DNA of 64,000 nt from Chrysomallon squamiferum (taxonomy: Eukaryota > Animalia > Mollusca). Shown here piece after piece: positions 40,201 to 54,260 of this stretch. The stretch spans positions 22,630,001 to 22,694,000 of the forward strand of contig CM022673.1 of NCBI GenBank assembly GCA_012295275.1, in the 5' to 3' direction. The notes beneath the pieces were generated by a model. That model did no database searches and was not told the DNA's origin. It saw nothing but the letters and a program-made list of their open reading frames with translations. The position numbers were made by a program, and so were the translations under genes. The stretch's first letter is position 1. Each line of letters opens with the position of its first letter.

Positions 40201-41529
40201 CCGTAGTAGTAGTAGTAGTGATTATAATAGTAGTTGCAGCAGTAGCTGTAGTAGTGATTATGTGATAAACAATAACAAACACTTTTTAAAATGGTATATG
40301 AAAAATACTGAACTATGACTTTGCATATTTATAGGTAAGTAGTGGAACCACACACATAGCAAGTCATTTCAAAGATACATAGTTTTCTGTGTAAACAAAA
40401 GCTATCGTTTTCTGATTTTTTTTTTCTATCTTTTGTTAGTAGAGAAATGGAACGATTAAACATATATGCTTTGAAGACGTTGTCAGTAATAGAAAATTGT
40501 AACAATGTAAATTAGCTGGTATTTTGAGAACACTTATTTGCTTGTAAAATTATTTACAAAAAGTAATTCTATATACGAATATGTGGTGTTACAATCGCGT
40601 ACTACCAAATGTGGCGAACCGTAGCAGGCTCAAGTTTACAACCCTGTTTTACAGCCACACACAGTGAGGGCATCACTTTGTGTATTTCGGTGATATAGTC
40701 ACGGGCGAGTAAACAGATATAAGCATTACACAAGTAATTGACTTCTAACTACCGCTGTCTCCGGAAAGTCGATTGAGGTTTTTAGTGGAAGGCAACATAA
40801 ATTTAAATCGACTTTTTAACCCCGACAATGGCTTCCTCTTTCGAAAATGAAATTTGACAAATTGCGAATATTCAACGTAAATCATAAGTCCAGGTATTGC
40901 AGATGAACTTACTCGTTGCCAAAGAAAAAAAAAAGATTTTATAATAATTTTTTCTTCTCACTTGAAAAATGATACATTTAAAAATAATCTCTTTTTTTCA
41001 AACATATATCATTCTTAAGTAATAATAATAATAACAAAAATAAAGTGAATAAATTTATAAACGAGTTTTCAGTTAACTTAATAGCTTTCCCTCTGTCATC
41101 AGCATATGTTTAATGTTTATTCTATGAATTTAGCTCTTTATCGGAAAAGTAGTTTTATTTTATTATATCTGTTCTCACGAATTATAATTTGCGCGAAGTA
41201 AATCTATTCCACAATAAAACGTTTTTTTTTTTTGTTTTTTTATAAAAAGAGAAAAGGAAAAAAGGAAAGAAAAGAAAAGGAAAAGATGGAAAGAAACAAA
41301 AAATTACATACAAACTGTTTTTGTTAATATACACACTATTTGACAATATTTTTTATTTTATTTTGTTGAATATGGGAATAATTATTAAATAAAAACATTC
41401 TGGATTTTTCTGCTATCAAATAAATAAATTTCACAAGCATTACTACTATGGTTGCTAATAATATTTAGATTACACATACTTCGAGTTTTTTTTTTTTTTT
41501 TTTTTTATATCATAATAATAAAATTAAAA

Positions 41530-41860
41530 ACAGCGGTATTGAAACAAAGACTTGACGCATTGCCCAAACACAAAATGTGACAAAACGCTGGTCCCTTATT
41601 GAAGCAAGATGTACTTGTGGGGGAAAACCGATATTGATCAGTGACTTCGCTCATGTTAACAGCGAATCCCAAGGAAGGGACATTAATAATAGCTTGACAA
41701 GATCGGCGTCAAACAACAGGCGGTCCACCCGGGTTTTAATGTCAAGTTCTCGTTTCAAGGAGTCGTGTATGTGATTTTGCCTTTCATATTCAAAGTTCGG
41801 ATCAGTGGTTCGTGTTTGGTCCTATAAATGTACTGGGTATAACATTCTTTTCTAGTTTTG
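41530..41860 (+). promoter_or_regulatory. Candidate promoter for the secreted-protein gene
   Basis: CpG-retaining patch ending in CCTATAAAT (TATA at 41823), ~1.3 kb upstream of the first coding exon. Confidence 0.35.
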
Positions 41861-42547
41861 TTTATATAAACCATGATGAGAAGCAGTAATGTTGAAGCAA
41901 TTTAATATAGATCGGGCAGACTAAGAAATTCTTTCTATCAAAGATGGATGACTAGCAAATGTCTCAACGGTGATTAATTGGTGTTCTTTTATCCCTTTAC
42001 TTTATATAATTTACGAAATTTATGAAATTATCATAAATTAGAATGCTGATTTGAACACGGAATATGATTCAAATAAAATTATTTTCGAACTGGACAAGAT
42101 AATTACAGAAAAAGTCTACTATTTTTTAAATTTTATTATTATTATTTACTTTTTTATATATATAGCAATGTTTTTTTAATTTATTTATTAGTGTTATATA
42201 TATTTTTTTAATATGAATGTTTTGTAAAGATGCAGTATTAGAAAAATTAAGCAATTCACCTTTTTAAAAGTTTACAGTTTTTTAATGTAATAAAAGTGTT
42301 ACAGTAATCAGATGATGTAAACAGAATCCGATGAACTACGTTCTATAGATGCCGTTATAAGATGAGACCTCAATAACATTCCATCGCTAGACGACTCAAG
42401 GAATTCAGCGTCGTCCTGAAGGCACACACTTTGTGTCCTTTCCTTTGAAGCTACTTCTCATTTATGGCATTGTCACTAAGACAAGCTCTGATGACACAGT
42501 CACGAACCTTTTTTGCACGTTGTGAATGGTGCTAACTTAAGAAATTA

Positions 42548-42617
42548 GAGAACCGAGCTGAAATTGAACCTTCGACTTTCCTCTTTAGCAGTGTTATATC
42601 CAATGAGCTGAGACAGC
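42548..42617 (-). repeat. Degenerate tRNA-like sequence (SINE head or tRNA pseudogene)
   Basis: The minus strand reads GCTGTCTCAGCTCATTGG...AAGTCGAAGGTTCAATTTC, with A-box-like and B-box-like motifs at tRNA-like spacing. There is no intact cloverleaf. Confidence 0.3.
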
Positions 42618-43095
42618 ATTCAGTCTCATAATCGATTTAAGAACAAAAACAACTCAAAACAACTTAAAGTGACCGTGGCTATCGGCAAAAACATTTTCTC
42701 CAAAGGTACTGTTTTCCTGTATGTTAAACGACCTCGTGTTTACTTCTCTTAACTTGTGCCGTTAGGCACGCATGATTCAGTAGCGTTTTGCGATGACCAC
42801 TGAAGAGGATATAACATTTCTGAGAAATACATTTTTTCACGAAGAGACATAATAACTGAACAAAATCTAAAAATGAAAATATTATTCTTACTTTCTACAA
42901 TTTATTTAATTAATATAAAATAAATATAAAATAAGTCGAGAAAATGGAATTTTGCCTGAAAACTGGAAGTTCATTTTACGCAGTCGAACGTTTTTCATCG
43001 GAGTGTAATGAACGACCTGAGATGATAGAAAAATCACGTTGATTTGCATGGCAAGTGCTTCACTTAACACTTGTATTTAGATAGTGTTTTGCGTC

Positions 43096-43165
43096 ATGAT
43101 GTTGTCAAATACGAAGATAATGGATAACTTTACAATATTATGGAGAATATGTTTGAGTTGTTTAG
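43096..43165 (+). CDS. First coding exon (signal peptide) of an uncharacterised secreted protein
   Basis: Encodes MMLSNTKIMDNFTILWRICLSCL and ends in the consensus phase-1 donor TTAG|GTAAGT. It joins in frame to the phase-1 acceptor at 50737, giving ...WRICLSCL-G-IIQING-YGF, a plausible signal peptide. The start could also be the ATG at 43099 or 43120. Confidence 0.75.
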
Positions 43166-43629
43166 GTAAGTTTTATGATTTTTGTTTTTACACAGACATA
43201 CATAAAAATATTTAGATTCATTTTTCGTGTAACTGCTGAAAAGTTATATATATTATTGATATTAATGATAATATATATTTTTATATTTTATTTTACTTTC
43301 TTCTTCGTCTTCTTTTTATTATTATTATAACAGTTGTAGGAGCTGTAATAGCAATAATAATAGTATTTGCACTAGTAATAATAAAAATATATAGATGTAG
43401 TAAATGTGTAAGTGGGAAATATATTGAGTAAATATACTTGCAGGGAACCCATAACAGTTTTAATTTATATTTAACTATTATTTATTTATTTGTTTATTTG
43501 ATAGTTTGTTTGTTTGTTTGTTATTTTAACACAAAGTTAAGATATATCTGGTATATCTCAGTTTTCCAAGCTGTTACAGAAATTATCTACTACTTTTTGA
43601 ATATATCATTATCATTATCATCATCATCA

Positions 43630-43693
<64 letters not shown>

Positions 43694-45136
43694 ATGTCAG
43701 TTTAAATATAATATAAATGCAGAAATTTGTAAAAGATTAACAAAAATTAACACATTTCTGCCATGTTCTTCTATAAATGTTGATTATAACTCCCGACTGA
43801 AAAAAAAGAGAAAAAAAAAGAGTAAACGATAGCCTTATGATTGATGCTTAACGTGTTGTAACGTGTTGTCCGACGGCGCATGAAGAAGGATCCAACAAAG
43901 AAAATACCAGTCAGCAAACAAGGTAAACGGATCAAGTATCCCATGGATATTTTCCTTGGGATTACCATCAGCGCTTTACTACTCAAGAGTAAAACGACTT
44001 CCTTCGAGATTTCGAGTCCATGTTATTACCGAAAATCTGTTTTAAAGCTCCTTTAAAATCACTGAGATAAGAAACTGACAGAACAGAATCTTGTAAAACC
44101 TATCCTAGGTGTAATTGGAGCGAAGACCCCATGATATCGGCCAAGCAATTGCCGTTAAAAGATCCCGCGTGCATTATTTACGACTGGAGTGGCCATCGTA
44201 AAAACTTTTTCTTTCGCCATCTCGTAAAGCATTCAAGTCAATTATCGCATTGCTGTAAAATGTTATGTTTCAGACAAATCAAAGAACCCACGAGCGTGTC
44301 GGCGTAAATCAAGACAGCGAGATAATAATTGGATACTCAGTAGTGTAAGGACAAACACGGACCTGTAATTATCATCGCCTTAGGCTTGCCATCTGGTGCC
44401 TTATTTCCTGCTATTTTATGATTTGTGGATATGTTAGCTGTAAAACAACGACTGTTAATAGTTTGAGACCCACATTTTGAAAAAAAAAAATATTGTTATA
44501 AAAAGAAATGCTAGCTTTACTGACGTTAAAAATGCAATTGGTTCACATCCCATATGAAGGAAAATTATACGTTTGTAATATTATTATGGAATTTTATTAA
44601 CTAAAAAAATATTAAAAAATAAAAATAAATAAATAAATAAAAAGAAGATAAAAAAATATTAGTTGCTTAAGATAAAAGTGTTCTTATTATTATCTTTGTA
44701 TGGACTAACATATATTAAATGCTCGTCTTTTGTACTGGTAAAATCATTATTTATTGGCAAGGAGTTCATATAATGTGTAAGTATGTGTCTTATACATATT
44801 GTTTAGTTACTTTTGCATCTTTAAAAGAAGAGCTTTGTAAATTACACAGGAAAATAATATTTAAAACATCAGTAATCGTAATCTAAACTATCAGTAGTGT
44901 ATTGTCATATTTTATGCTTAATGTGCTTTATTCAAACTTACATAATTATTTATAGCTTATCGTTTTAAATTAGACTGCATAATTTATCCTCTAGAAGCAC
45001 ATTCTGAGAACAAAATAAAATAAAAATAATAAATAAAACATAAAAATAAATGAAATATTTGAAATAAAAAAATTAAATACGGCTGAAATAATAATTTTAA
45101 ATTAAAGTAATATATTAAAATACCTAATGACATTTT

Positions 45137-45181
<45 letters not shown>

Positions 45182-46694
45182 TTGTCATGGTTTTTGTCTT
45201 GCGTTGTTACCAGTTTAAGTTGTTTTGGTGTTGTTTTTTTTATTGTTTTTTGGTTGTTGTTTTTTTTAAGTGTGAAAGGAAAAGACGTTACTGTAATGTA
45301 GAAAATGTTGACATTTCGTACAGCCTCAGACCAAACTGTTACAATCACACGCTGAACTTTACAGAAACGTAAATGTAAGGTTTTCTTCGTGCACCGCGAC
45401 CAGCCTGGCCACGTTCATAGTTAATACACACACTGAATGTAATTTTAATCGTTACTAGTCTTAAGTAAGCGCTTATCTAATAATCTTTACTGAAATTAGT
45501 GAACTTATGTAACTTTAAAATTTAAACCTGGCATTGAACTGACACTGCAGTAGGTTTATATATCCGAATTTTCTTAAATCTTTGTTGAAATGAAAATAGA
45601 TAACTCGAATGAAAAAAAAAACCTGGACACAATATTCAATATTTGTACGAGTGAGAGAATGAGAGAGAGAGAGTGAGTAAGTAAGTGAGTAAATGGTAAA
45701 TTCATTTATACCAAGTAATAGATGTGTGCATTTGCATATAAACTAATTAGTTCTCAATGAACTGTGTATAAAACACTAGACGGGCGAGATTTTCTTCCCG
45801 TTCAATCTGTCCCGAGTGTTTCAAGTAATTAACTGCTTCTGCTTTTTGACTGCAGGCTTAGTTAAAACGCGTTTCGCTTATTTATATCACATCATCATTT
45901 CGTTCATAAATGGGAACACAAAATAAATTACGAAAATAAGGGAAGTCTTTTTTATCTGTTGCATCTGCTCATCTAGTGCAGTACTTTATCATAGCTTACA
46001 TGTATATGTCTGATTTTGTGTAATGCACTTATAAATGCACTTAAATAGAAAGTGTACGCATGTGAAAAGATTTTTTCATTAATTTTTATTCCAAAATCAG
46101 AAAATATATGGATTATTTTTACATTTCACTGAATGCAGCTTTGACAGAAAAACTTTATGCAGAAAGGTAAAGACAGTGATGATCAAAAGCTGTAGTGGTC
46201 GAGGAACTGACATTGGACTCGTCATTAATGACACATATGAATACAGGTGTAAGACAAAAATGTAATTGTTTGTGCTATACTAAAGTATCAAACTATCTCG
46301 CAGAAACTGATGCATATTAAAAGGAGACAGCTGTGTGTAAACAGAAATACTTTTGTTATAGTTTATGAATAAGATACTTCACAACGTATGTTTGTAATAC
46401 TGTTTTTTAAATAGTAACTACAAGCAGGATATTTGTTTACTAAGTGAAGTTTTTATTTCAGTTATGTCAGTATTGTGTTTTAATTTTTTGTTTTAATTAT
46501 CATTGTTTTTTTATAAAACTGTTTGTTGTTGTTAAAATGATGAACAACAAATTCTAGAGTAGAGATAATTTTATTTGTATAATATATATATATACTGTTA
46601 CATGAAACATATATCACTAATAAAAATGTTCAAATAAATAGAACATCATTTTCAGCTATAACAGATTCTTCGTTTCATTCTGACATTTTCTGTG

Positions 46695-46727
<33 letters not shown>

Positions 46728-49698
46728 TTATTTATTACTTGTTTGTTTGTTTTATGGAGGTAGAAAAAAATAACTCAAGATTATTTTATTTCTTCAGTAA
46801 CTTAACATCTATGTAATATTAAAATTTTACTACTGTCATTGTATATGGTGTGTTTGCATACTCTGTGAAAGGATAAAATGTATTTAAATATATAAATAAT
46901 AATAATAATAACAGCAAACAACCATAATTATAAAAAAGAAGAAAGTTTACTTTGATGAAACTAAACATTACATATTTTGTAGGTACTTCTACCTTATAGT
47001 CCTATTTGCCTTTATTAAGTATGACAACCGCATGACATTTCCCCCATTAAGTGTAATGTTATTTCGTACAAAGATTTCTAATTAACTGACAAAATAAAAT
47101 CCCTTATGTAGTGAGTAAATCAAGCCAAAGATAACCAGATTATTCACAAAATGTTACATTTATTTATCCCTGTTGTCGTATTTTTCGTGTTGTTATTTTT
47201 GTGTTTTTTTGTTGTTGTTGTTGCTGTTTAACTTTTTTTTTTACTATTACTAAAGAAAGAAATCAATAAAAAGAAATCAATAACTTTGAATAGTACAAAA
47301 TATATTTAAACTATTTATTTATACGGCGAAATTTACACTTTAGTAATTTAGTTAATGAAAAGTGTTGACTTTAACGTATACATATTTCCTGTGAGTTACA
47401 GCAGTGGTTGTAATTGACGGTTCGTCCATCTGGCATTTATCCACAAAATGATTCGTTCAGACAGTTCCTCGATGCACAGGATTTGAACTTCATCTGTTCG
47501 ATAAATTATAATTATGCATATTAAAAGTGTTTATGTCTTACTCTGGAATGCATATCATATATAATTCAAGTAATAAACAAATATTGTGGCAAAAAGGGTT
47601 GGGATTCCAGACTTACTAGTTTTCTTGCATATCTAATTAAGTAGTAGTAGTAGTGGAAGCAGCAGCAGTAGTATTAGTAGCAATAGAGCAGTAGTAGTTA
47701 CAGTAGCTGCAACAATAGAAGAGGTTTTAGCTATGATTAATAGTGGTGATGATAGTATTACTGAATGTAATACCTTCAGAGGTAGTAATCCTGAATAACC
47801 GGTTTTTTTTCTCTCTCTCTCTCTCTGATATATATTTTTTTCTTTTTACAAATTTATTGCGAGATGCTAATTTTTTTTGGTAAGTTTTGAACTAAATGCT
47901 TCATTCAGTCATTTTGACAGCCGCGATTTTCAATCAAATTGCATGCTTTATTGTGTGTCCTGGGAGCATTTCCTCTTGATAGTGGAGCTTCATGTACCAT
48001 GCAATTCCATCACTGGTTTTTTTCTAGAAAATAATATGCGCAGTAAGGTATAAAAGAAATATACAAACCAAAATATTTGTTTAATGTTTGAACCATATAA
48101 CAATTCATTTCTGGCCTTCTCTTTTTCCTCCTTAGTTTTGTTTTCTTTATTTTATGAACCTGCGTAGCACCTGTTTTGCTGAAGTCTCTAATACTCTTGA
48201 TAAAACGAAATGTTTAAAAAAAGAAGGAAAAAAGAATGCTGCTCCCTTTCGCCAGTTTTTTACGCAAACCTTTGGTTTTTCATATTATATGTTGTTTTTG
48301 TTCAGAATCCATGGAAAGTCAGCCACATTTTTGTAATGCTTTATAAAGAAATAATAATACAGACTTAATTTTACTGTTTATCTGTATGTTAATATTAACC
48401 AGATAAAGCAATCAAACTTATCTAACGGTCATTAAGGAGATTCTATTCGTTGGAATGTTGTGCTTTGCTGTTGTAGCCTATTTGATCTTTAGACTCCATT
48501 TCTGCGACTAATGAGGTTCTAGCTTTACAATTTTCATTGTTTCTTGTCCAGTGTTTTTACAATCTAAATCAATTATAACAAGCATGTACCAGTATGTTTT
48601 ATACTAATTTTATTAATGCATTTAAATCATATCACTATAAAGTGGATGAATGGTTTACATAACAGTAGAAGAAACATTCTTCTTTTTAAATTAGTGCATC
48701 AAGTGATAATACAAAACGTTAGGTAAGAAAGAAGACTGTCCCGTAGATTAGGTACAAGATTACGTAGATTCATATCGAATTGGCGATCTTTTTGTTTAAA
48801 TTACAGAAATCATATCCTAGGATTGTTTCATTCAGAGAAGGTAACAAAAGCTAATGCTATATTTACACGATCGTCTGTCTAAAATTCATACAAGAAAAAT
48901 AGTTTTCAGCAACATAAAGATTTATATCAACAGATGGGGAATTACACTAAACACGTATCTTCAGGTACAATATCGTATGAAAGTATTTTTATCTTTCATT
49001 GTTTTTTGTTTTGATTTTTTTGTTTTGTTTATTAAAATTACTTATGATCATTGATTTCAGATTTGTCCAAAGTAGTTTTTAAGAGTCACAATTGCCGGTG
49101 ATGTACGTTTGTGTAAAATATTTTCATATCATCACAATATTTAGCTCAATTTTTACAGTATAATATGTTTTCCAGGAAGTCAATTTAATAGCAAATCCTT
49201 AAAATTTAAGGAAGAGAAATAATTTGGACAGAATAGTTAACATGAAAGCTTATGGCTGCATACGAGCAAATTAACCAGTTATGATCATTAAGAATTAATT
49301 CGAGTTACAGATGAAACATTAACATGAAAAGAAAACAGATATATTCCTCTTGTTATATTTCTGTAATCATTTCGACAACGCATGGATTGTTCTGTCAAAA
49401 CAACTTTGGATATTTGTAAAACTCTAGTTATAAGATTTAGAGCTATAACTAGAATGTGTTTTTTCGCTCTCTTATTGACTGTGGAAATAACGACAACTAA
49501 GCCATAATAAAGACGTCATAAGTAAAATAAAGCCAGATACACCAAAAGCAGAAAAGAAACAGAGAATAGCTCAACATGAGGCAGCCTACAAACTATTTAT
49601 GCACCACCTAGCTCTAAAACGAAAGTTTGATTTGAAAACAAATAACCAAGTATTTCATAGATTCAGAGTAATAGTTTAAAATAAATAAATAAATATAT

Positions 49699-49735
<37 letters not shown>

Positions 49736-50736
49736 CAAACACAAATATATATATTTAATTAAAGGTTTGTTCAAATGAAAATAAATAACAGGAGTTCGGA
49801 GATGTGTGGATGAGAGAATTAAATCGAAAAGTTTGCTCAGTCATACGTCCAAAGAAATCAAAAATAGCAACTACAACCATCCTTAACATTCCAAAATTAT
49901 ACGATTCACTGATTCAAACGATTTATGGGAAAACTATTAAAGCAAAAGACAACTAGCAGTTCATGATCTTGGTATCTACGCTACTAAGACATTTGTATCG
50001 TATTTATTTGAAACTGGGTATTTATTGTGAGTGCCTCTTAAGAGAACCGGTGAACAGATCTCTCAGATGTTTTGTTTAAAATAAAACAGTTTAAAGTTTT
50101 TGCTTCGTCATTTTTAATTCCATTTGCCAAACCATTAAAACATGTTATTTTAAAAAATCCGATATTTTATTTTCCGGTTATTTTCCATTACCACAATAAT
50201 AAACAAAAAATGTAACTTATTTTATATTTCATTCGTAGGGTAAAAGCTGTTTCAGACTGAATAAAAGCTGATTAAATTGTCAGTACAGAACATAAGAGTT
50301 GTTAACACGAGTAATACTAAAAAAAATAACTGAAAAAGAAAAAGAAAAAAGAAACAGATTTTGTTTATTTAAATTTGTAATCCTATAATTATTTTTATTA
50401 ATGTAAATATTTTCAGTTTAAATCGAACCAATATGATTTGACAATTTTGTCAAAAAATTCTCTTTATTATGTTTTAAATAAAACGTGATAAAATTAAAAA
50501 TATTTTTCTTTTGTTTTATTTTGTTATACACATTTCTAGTTTTCATTTCTAAATACTGAATACATTTTAGTGTCACTGGCTTCATTTAGGAAAGAAAATA
50601 ATTTAAGACACTGATATTTTACTTGTTCATGTTTGTCTAAATTTGTCTATTTTCAAAGATATACATAAAAATTATAAATAATTAAAAAACAAATTCATAT
50701 GTAATACTTTAATGTCTTTGTTTTTTTATATTGCAG

Positions 50737-51372
50737 GTATTATTCAAATAAATGGTTATGGGTTTAGCAACAATTTCGTGGAAATAGATCTACAATATGG
50801 AATTGTGAAAGGTTACAGTCCTTATATTTCATTTGTGTCAACGCCTACCACAACACCGAACCGAATGTGTAATGGCCAGGCGGTCATCAAAATGGATTTT
50901 TCAGGTCCATATAAAGGAGCCAAACTGTTGCTGGATTACGGAGAATCGCCACGGCTTTGGACTCTTGATGTTTCAGATTCCCCCACTGGGGATGGTTTTG
51001 GAGGGGACAATGGAACAACAAGCAATAATGCAGAAACTCAAATTCATAATCGACAGCTACGAATTTATGGTAATTCATTACCTGGATTCATGGAAGCATC
51101 CACCAACGGTGGCAATTTGATGAAGGTTGTAGACAACTTTGTGAAAAAAGGGAGTAAAGTGTCATTGGATGTTAGTGACGAGAGAGTTGAATGGATTCAG
51201 GGAAGAAAGAAAGATTATATGGAATCAGAGTTTTTGTTTACTCTCAGTGGGCAGCCGACTTTGTTCGGTCCCGTTGAACAAGATGTTTTTGTCGGCTTTA
51301 ACAGAGTTGTTAGAGCCCCACATCGTCGTGGAAGCGGACTCTGCCGAGTAACGATATCTTTATACGAGCCAG
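50737..51372 (+). CDS. 636-nt phase 1-1 exon encoding a ~210-aa extracellular globular domain of unknown family
   Basis: A long, high-complexity ORF bounded by the acceptor tttttttatattgcag| and the donor CAG|GTTAGT. Motifs include WTLDVSDSPTGDGFGGDNGTTSNNAETQI and VGFNRVV...RGSGLCRVTI. It has two Cys and an NGT sequon. If unspliced, it stops at TAG 51375-51377. Confidence 0.9.
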
Positions 51373-53049
51373 GTTAGTTCATTAATTTTTAAATTTTGCT
51401 AGGTTACAGATTAAATATAACGTGATGTTGTATATGTATGTATGTATGTTTCATTTGTACTAGTGTGCTCATGTATATTAAGTTATCTATACTATACTAC
51501 CAAATCATATCGTGCTTTCATTAAAAGACGTCTGCTAAAGCGAAATGTTTATTTACTTTCCCTCTAACTTTTCGGAAATATCCGCTAAATCCCAATTTTA
51601 ACGGACACAAACCAATGTTATTTACAAAATATATCCATTAGGGATAACTTTAAACTCGACTACTTACCGGAATTAAGTTTAAGTAAATTATAAGCTAGGC
51701 TGTTAGTTATAATCAGTTAAAATTACCAGTCAAAAATTATATTTTTGTATGGCATAAGAAGCTAAATCTACTGAGAAGTAGTTGTTCATCTTAGATGGTA
51801 AATATATATAATATGTTATTCCTTTAGAAGAATGAAGAATAAATGCAACCCCAGCTACATCAATAATGAAAATAATATATATAAAAATAAAATAATTATA
51901 TGCTTGATAAAGATGAATATTAATGATGATGGGGCTGATGATAATGATAACATAACGACAGTAAAGATAGTAATAAAAGTAAAACGATGACAACAAGGTA
52001 GTGTACTCAAAGTACTGCGTCTGTGCTATTTCTCATTCAGTATATAGTCGTTGACAGAACAAACGTGTTCTGAACCTATTCATGAGTGCAACACCCCCAA
52101 AAAACATTTTTTTCTTTGTTGCTGTTGTTATTCTGAACGCTATCTATTAAAGTTACTAGCACTGATTTTTAACAAGACTAAATAAAGAACTGCTCTTCTT
52201 TTTAATAATTAAAGATGTAACACATTAAAGATAACCCGTTGCAAGATTCAGGCTCATGCTAAATACAAGTTTTGACTTAGGATCACGAATATTTCATGGG
52301 TGGAGGTTAATTCAAGAACATAGAATTATAATATGATATTTAATATGAAAACGACCTAGACTTTTTAAAATGCTTAACAAAAAGACCTGAAATAAAATAT
52401 CAAAATCTTATCTTGAAAAGCAATGACAATAGGACATTTTATCTAAACTGTACGATGTTCAAGAAAAATAAAACTAAGTTCAAGAAAGTAGCTCATTCAC
52501 TATAGGTTTTTAGTACGTGATACTTTAATTTATTGTGTTTGTTACATACCAAATATTCATAACGGGTTTCACGTAGGAAACTTAGAGAAAGAAAAACTGA
52601 TAATATAGTATTCTACGTTTGTCCATTTTCACAGATTGAAAAATATTTGGGATATTAGGCAACATAAAAAATTGTTCTACACAGTTGTATAATTGTCAAA
52701 GGAGAAAGGATAGATTGCTGGATCCATTCAGTAAGCCTAGTTTTATAATAATTTATAAATACTATTATACTTTTAATTATTTTAAATAAAAACAGATGAT
52801 TATTATGTATTGTATCCTGCGAATACTTGTGAATCCTTCGAAAATACACATTCACGGAAAATATACAAAATATATATACATATATTCTTAGTGCTTTTTG
52901 ACTCTTATTTTTTTTTAAATATATATAACTATTACATACATTAAATGTACTATATCGACCACAGATATTCGATTAGTGTACAATGTTATTGTAGTATTAT
53001 TATTTTCTTGTTTACTTTTTAAATGAATAAAATTATATCGGTCAATGTG

Positions 53050-53051
<2 letters not shown>

Positions 53052-53114
<63 letters not shown>
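53052..53114. repeat. (TG)n microsatellite
   Basis: Directly visible. Similar tracts are near 519, 23800 and 62830. Confidence 0.95.
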
Positions 53115-53115
<1 letters not shown>

Positions 53116-53689
53116 CTTTGGTGTTTTTAATATATGAATAATCATTATAGACAGTGAGAAACTAGTTCTAAAAATGAACCAATAAAATCGATAAAGTACG
53201 CAATATAGCCAGCCATTAACGAAAGTGACAGACAACAAAGATTTATGAACAGACAAAACAGTAGACGACGAATTCTTTTCTGGTATGAGTCATCTGTCTG
53301 GCTGCACCCAAAGGAGGAATTTACATAGTAATAATATACAATCTTGTTGCTCGGTATTCTTGAATAATTTGTTATTCAGTGAGTGCTTTATTCTACCTTA
53401 AGTTATTATTGTCATTATTTACATTTTATCGGTTGAAATGAAAATTATTACTGCAAAAATGTTATAATAAAGTGAAGGAAACAAATGGTTAAATTTAGAA
53501 GTAAACTCAGTAATAATGTAAATATACTGATTTTCTGTATGTAACTGGGATATTTATGAATTGAAATGTAGAATGATGAAATGTCGTTTCTTATCAACTT
53601 CACCAAACGGATTATTTAAAAAAAAAAAATAATAATAATAATAAATAAAATAAAATAAAATAAAAGAAGAAAAAGTAGTAAGAAACCCA

Positions 53690-54260
53690 GATTAATCATC
53701 CCTTCATAGTTAATGAATTACTGTCAAAAACAACAACCACACCAATGATTGTTAGTGAATGATCGTTGCCCGGTTATATCCACCCTTTTAGTTAATGATA
53801 TCCTTGTTGGTGTTAGCTGAAGAATGACCATCCGTTTTATTAAGCCCTTTTGTTGTCAAAGAATGATACAAGCTATACTGATTGTTATGCACCCACCTAG
53901 CTACAGTAATATGTACATCCATCTTAATGATTAACAACAAAAACTAACCATCGTAATATGTAAGAGCATGAACATGACAACAAAAAAATAAAAAATAAAA
54001 AAGAAGAAAGAAATGTTAGAAAATGAGAAAGAGTATCCATCTTATTAGTTTTAAAGAATGATATCTTCACTTTTGATTCTATAGTTTACATCCATCTAAA
54101 GGATTTTCAAAAAAATATTTCGTCCTCAGAAACTGATTTTATACATTGACATTGTTAATTATCAATAATTAGAGCCATCTGTTGATTGTAAAATAAAAGG
54201 CTATCCACAATGCTGACCCCTAACAGTGAATATCCATGCTATAGACTGTCAAAGCAAAGA
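53690..54260. repeat. Highly decayed tandem-like repeat
   Basis: Recurring fragments ATCCATC / GATTGT / TGTCAAA / AAGAATGA(T/C) at irregular spacing. I could not resolve the period by eye. Confidence 0.35.

Noticed and set aside
50712-50736. N-terminus MSLFFYIA of the 221-aa ORF
   Set aside because: This is the polypyrimidine tract and acceptor of the intron. The real N-terminus comes from 43096-43165.
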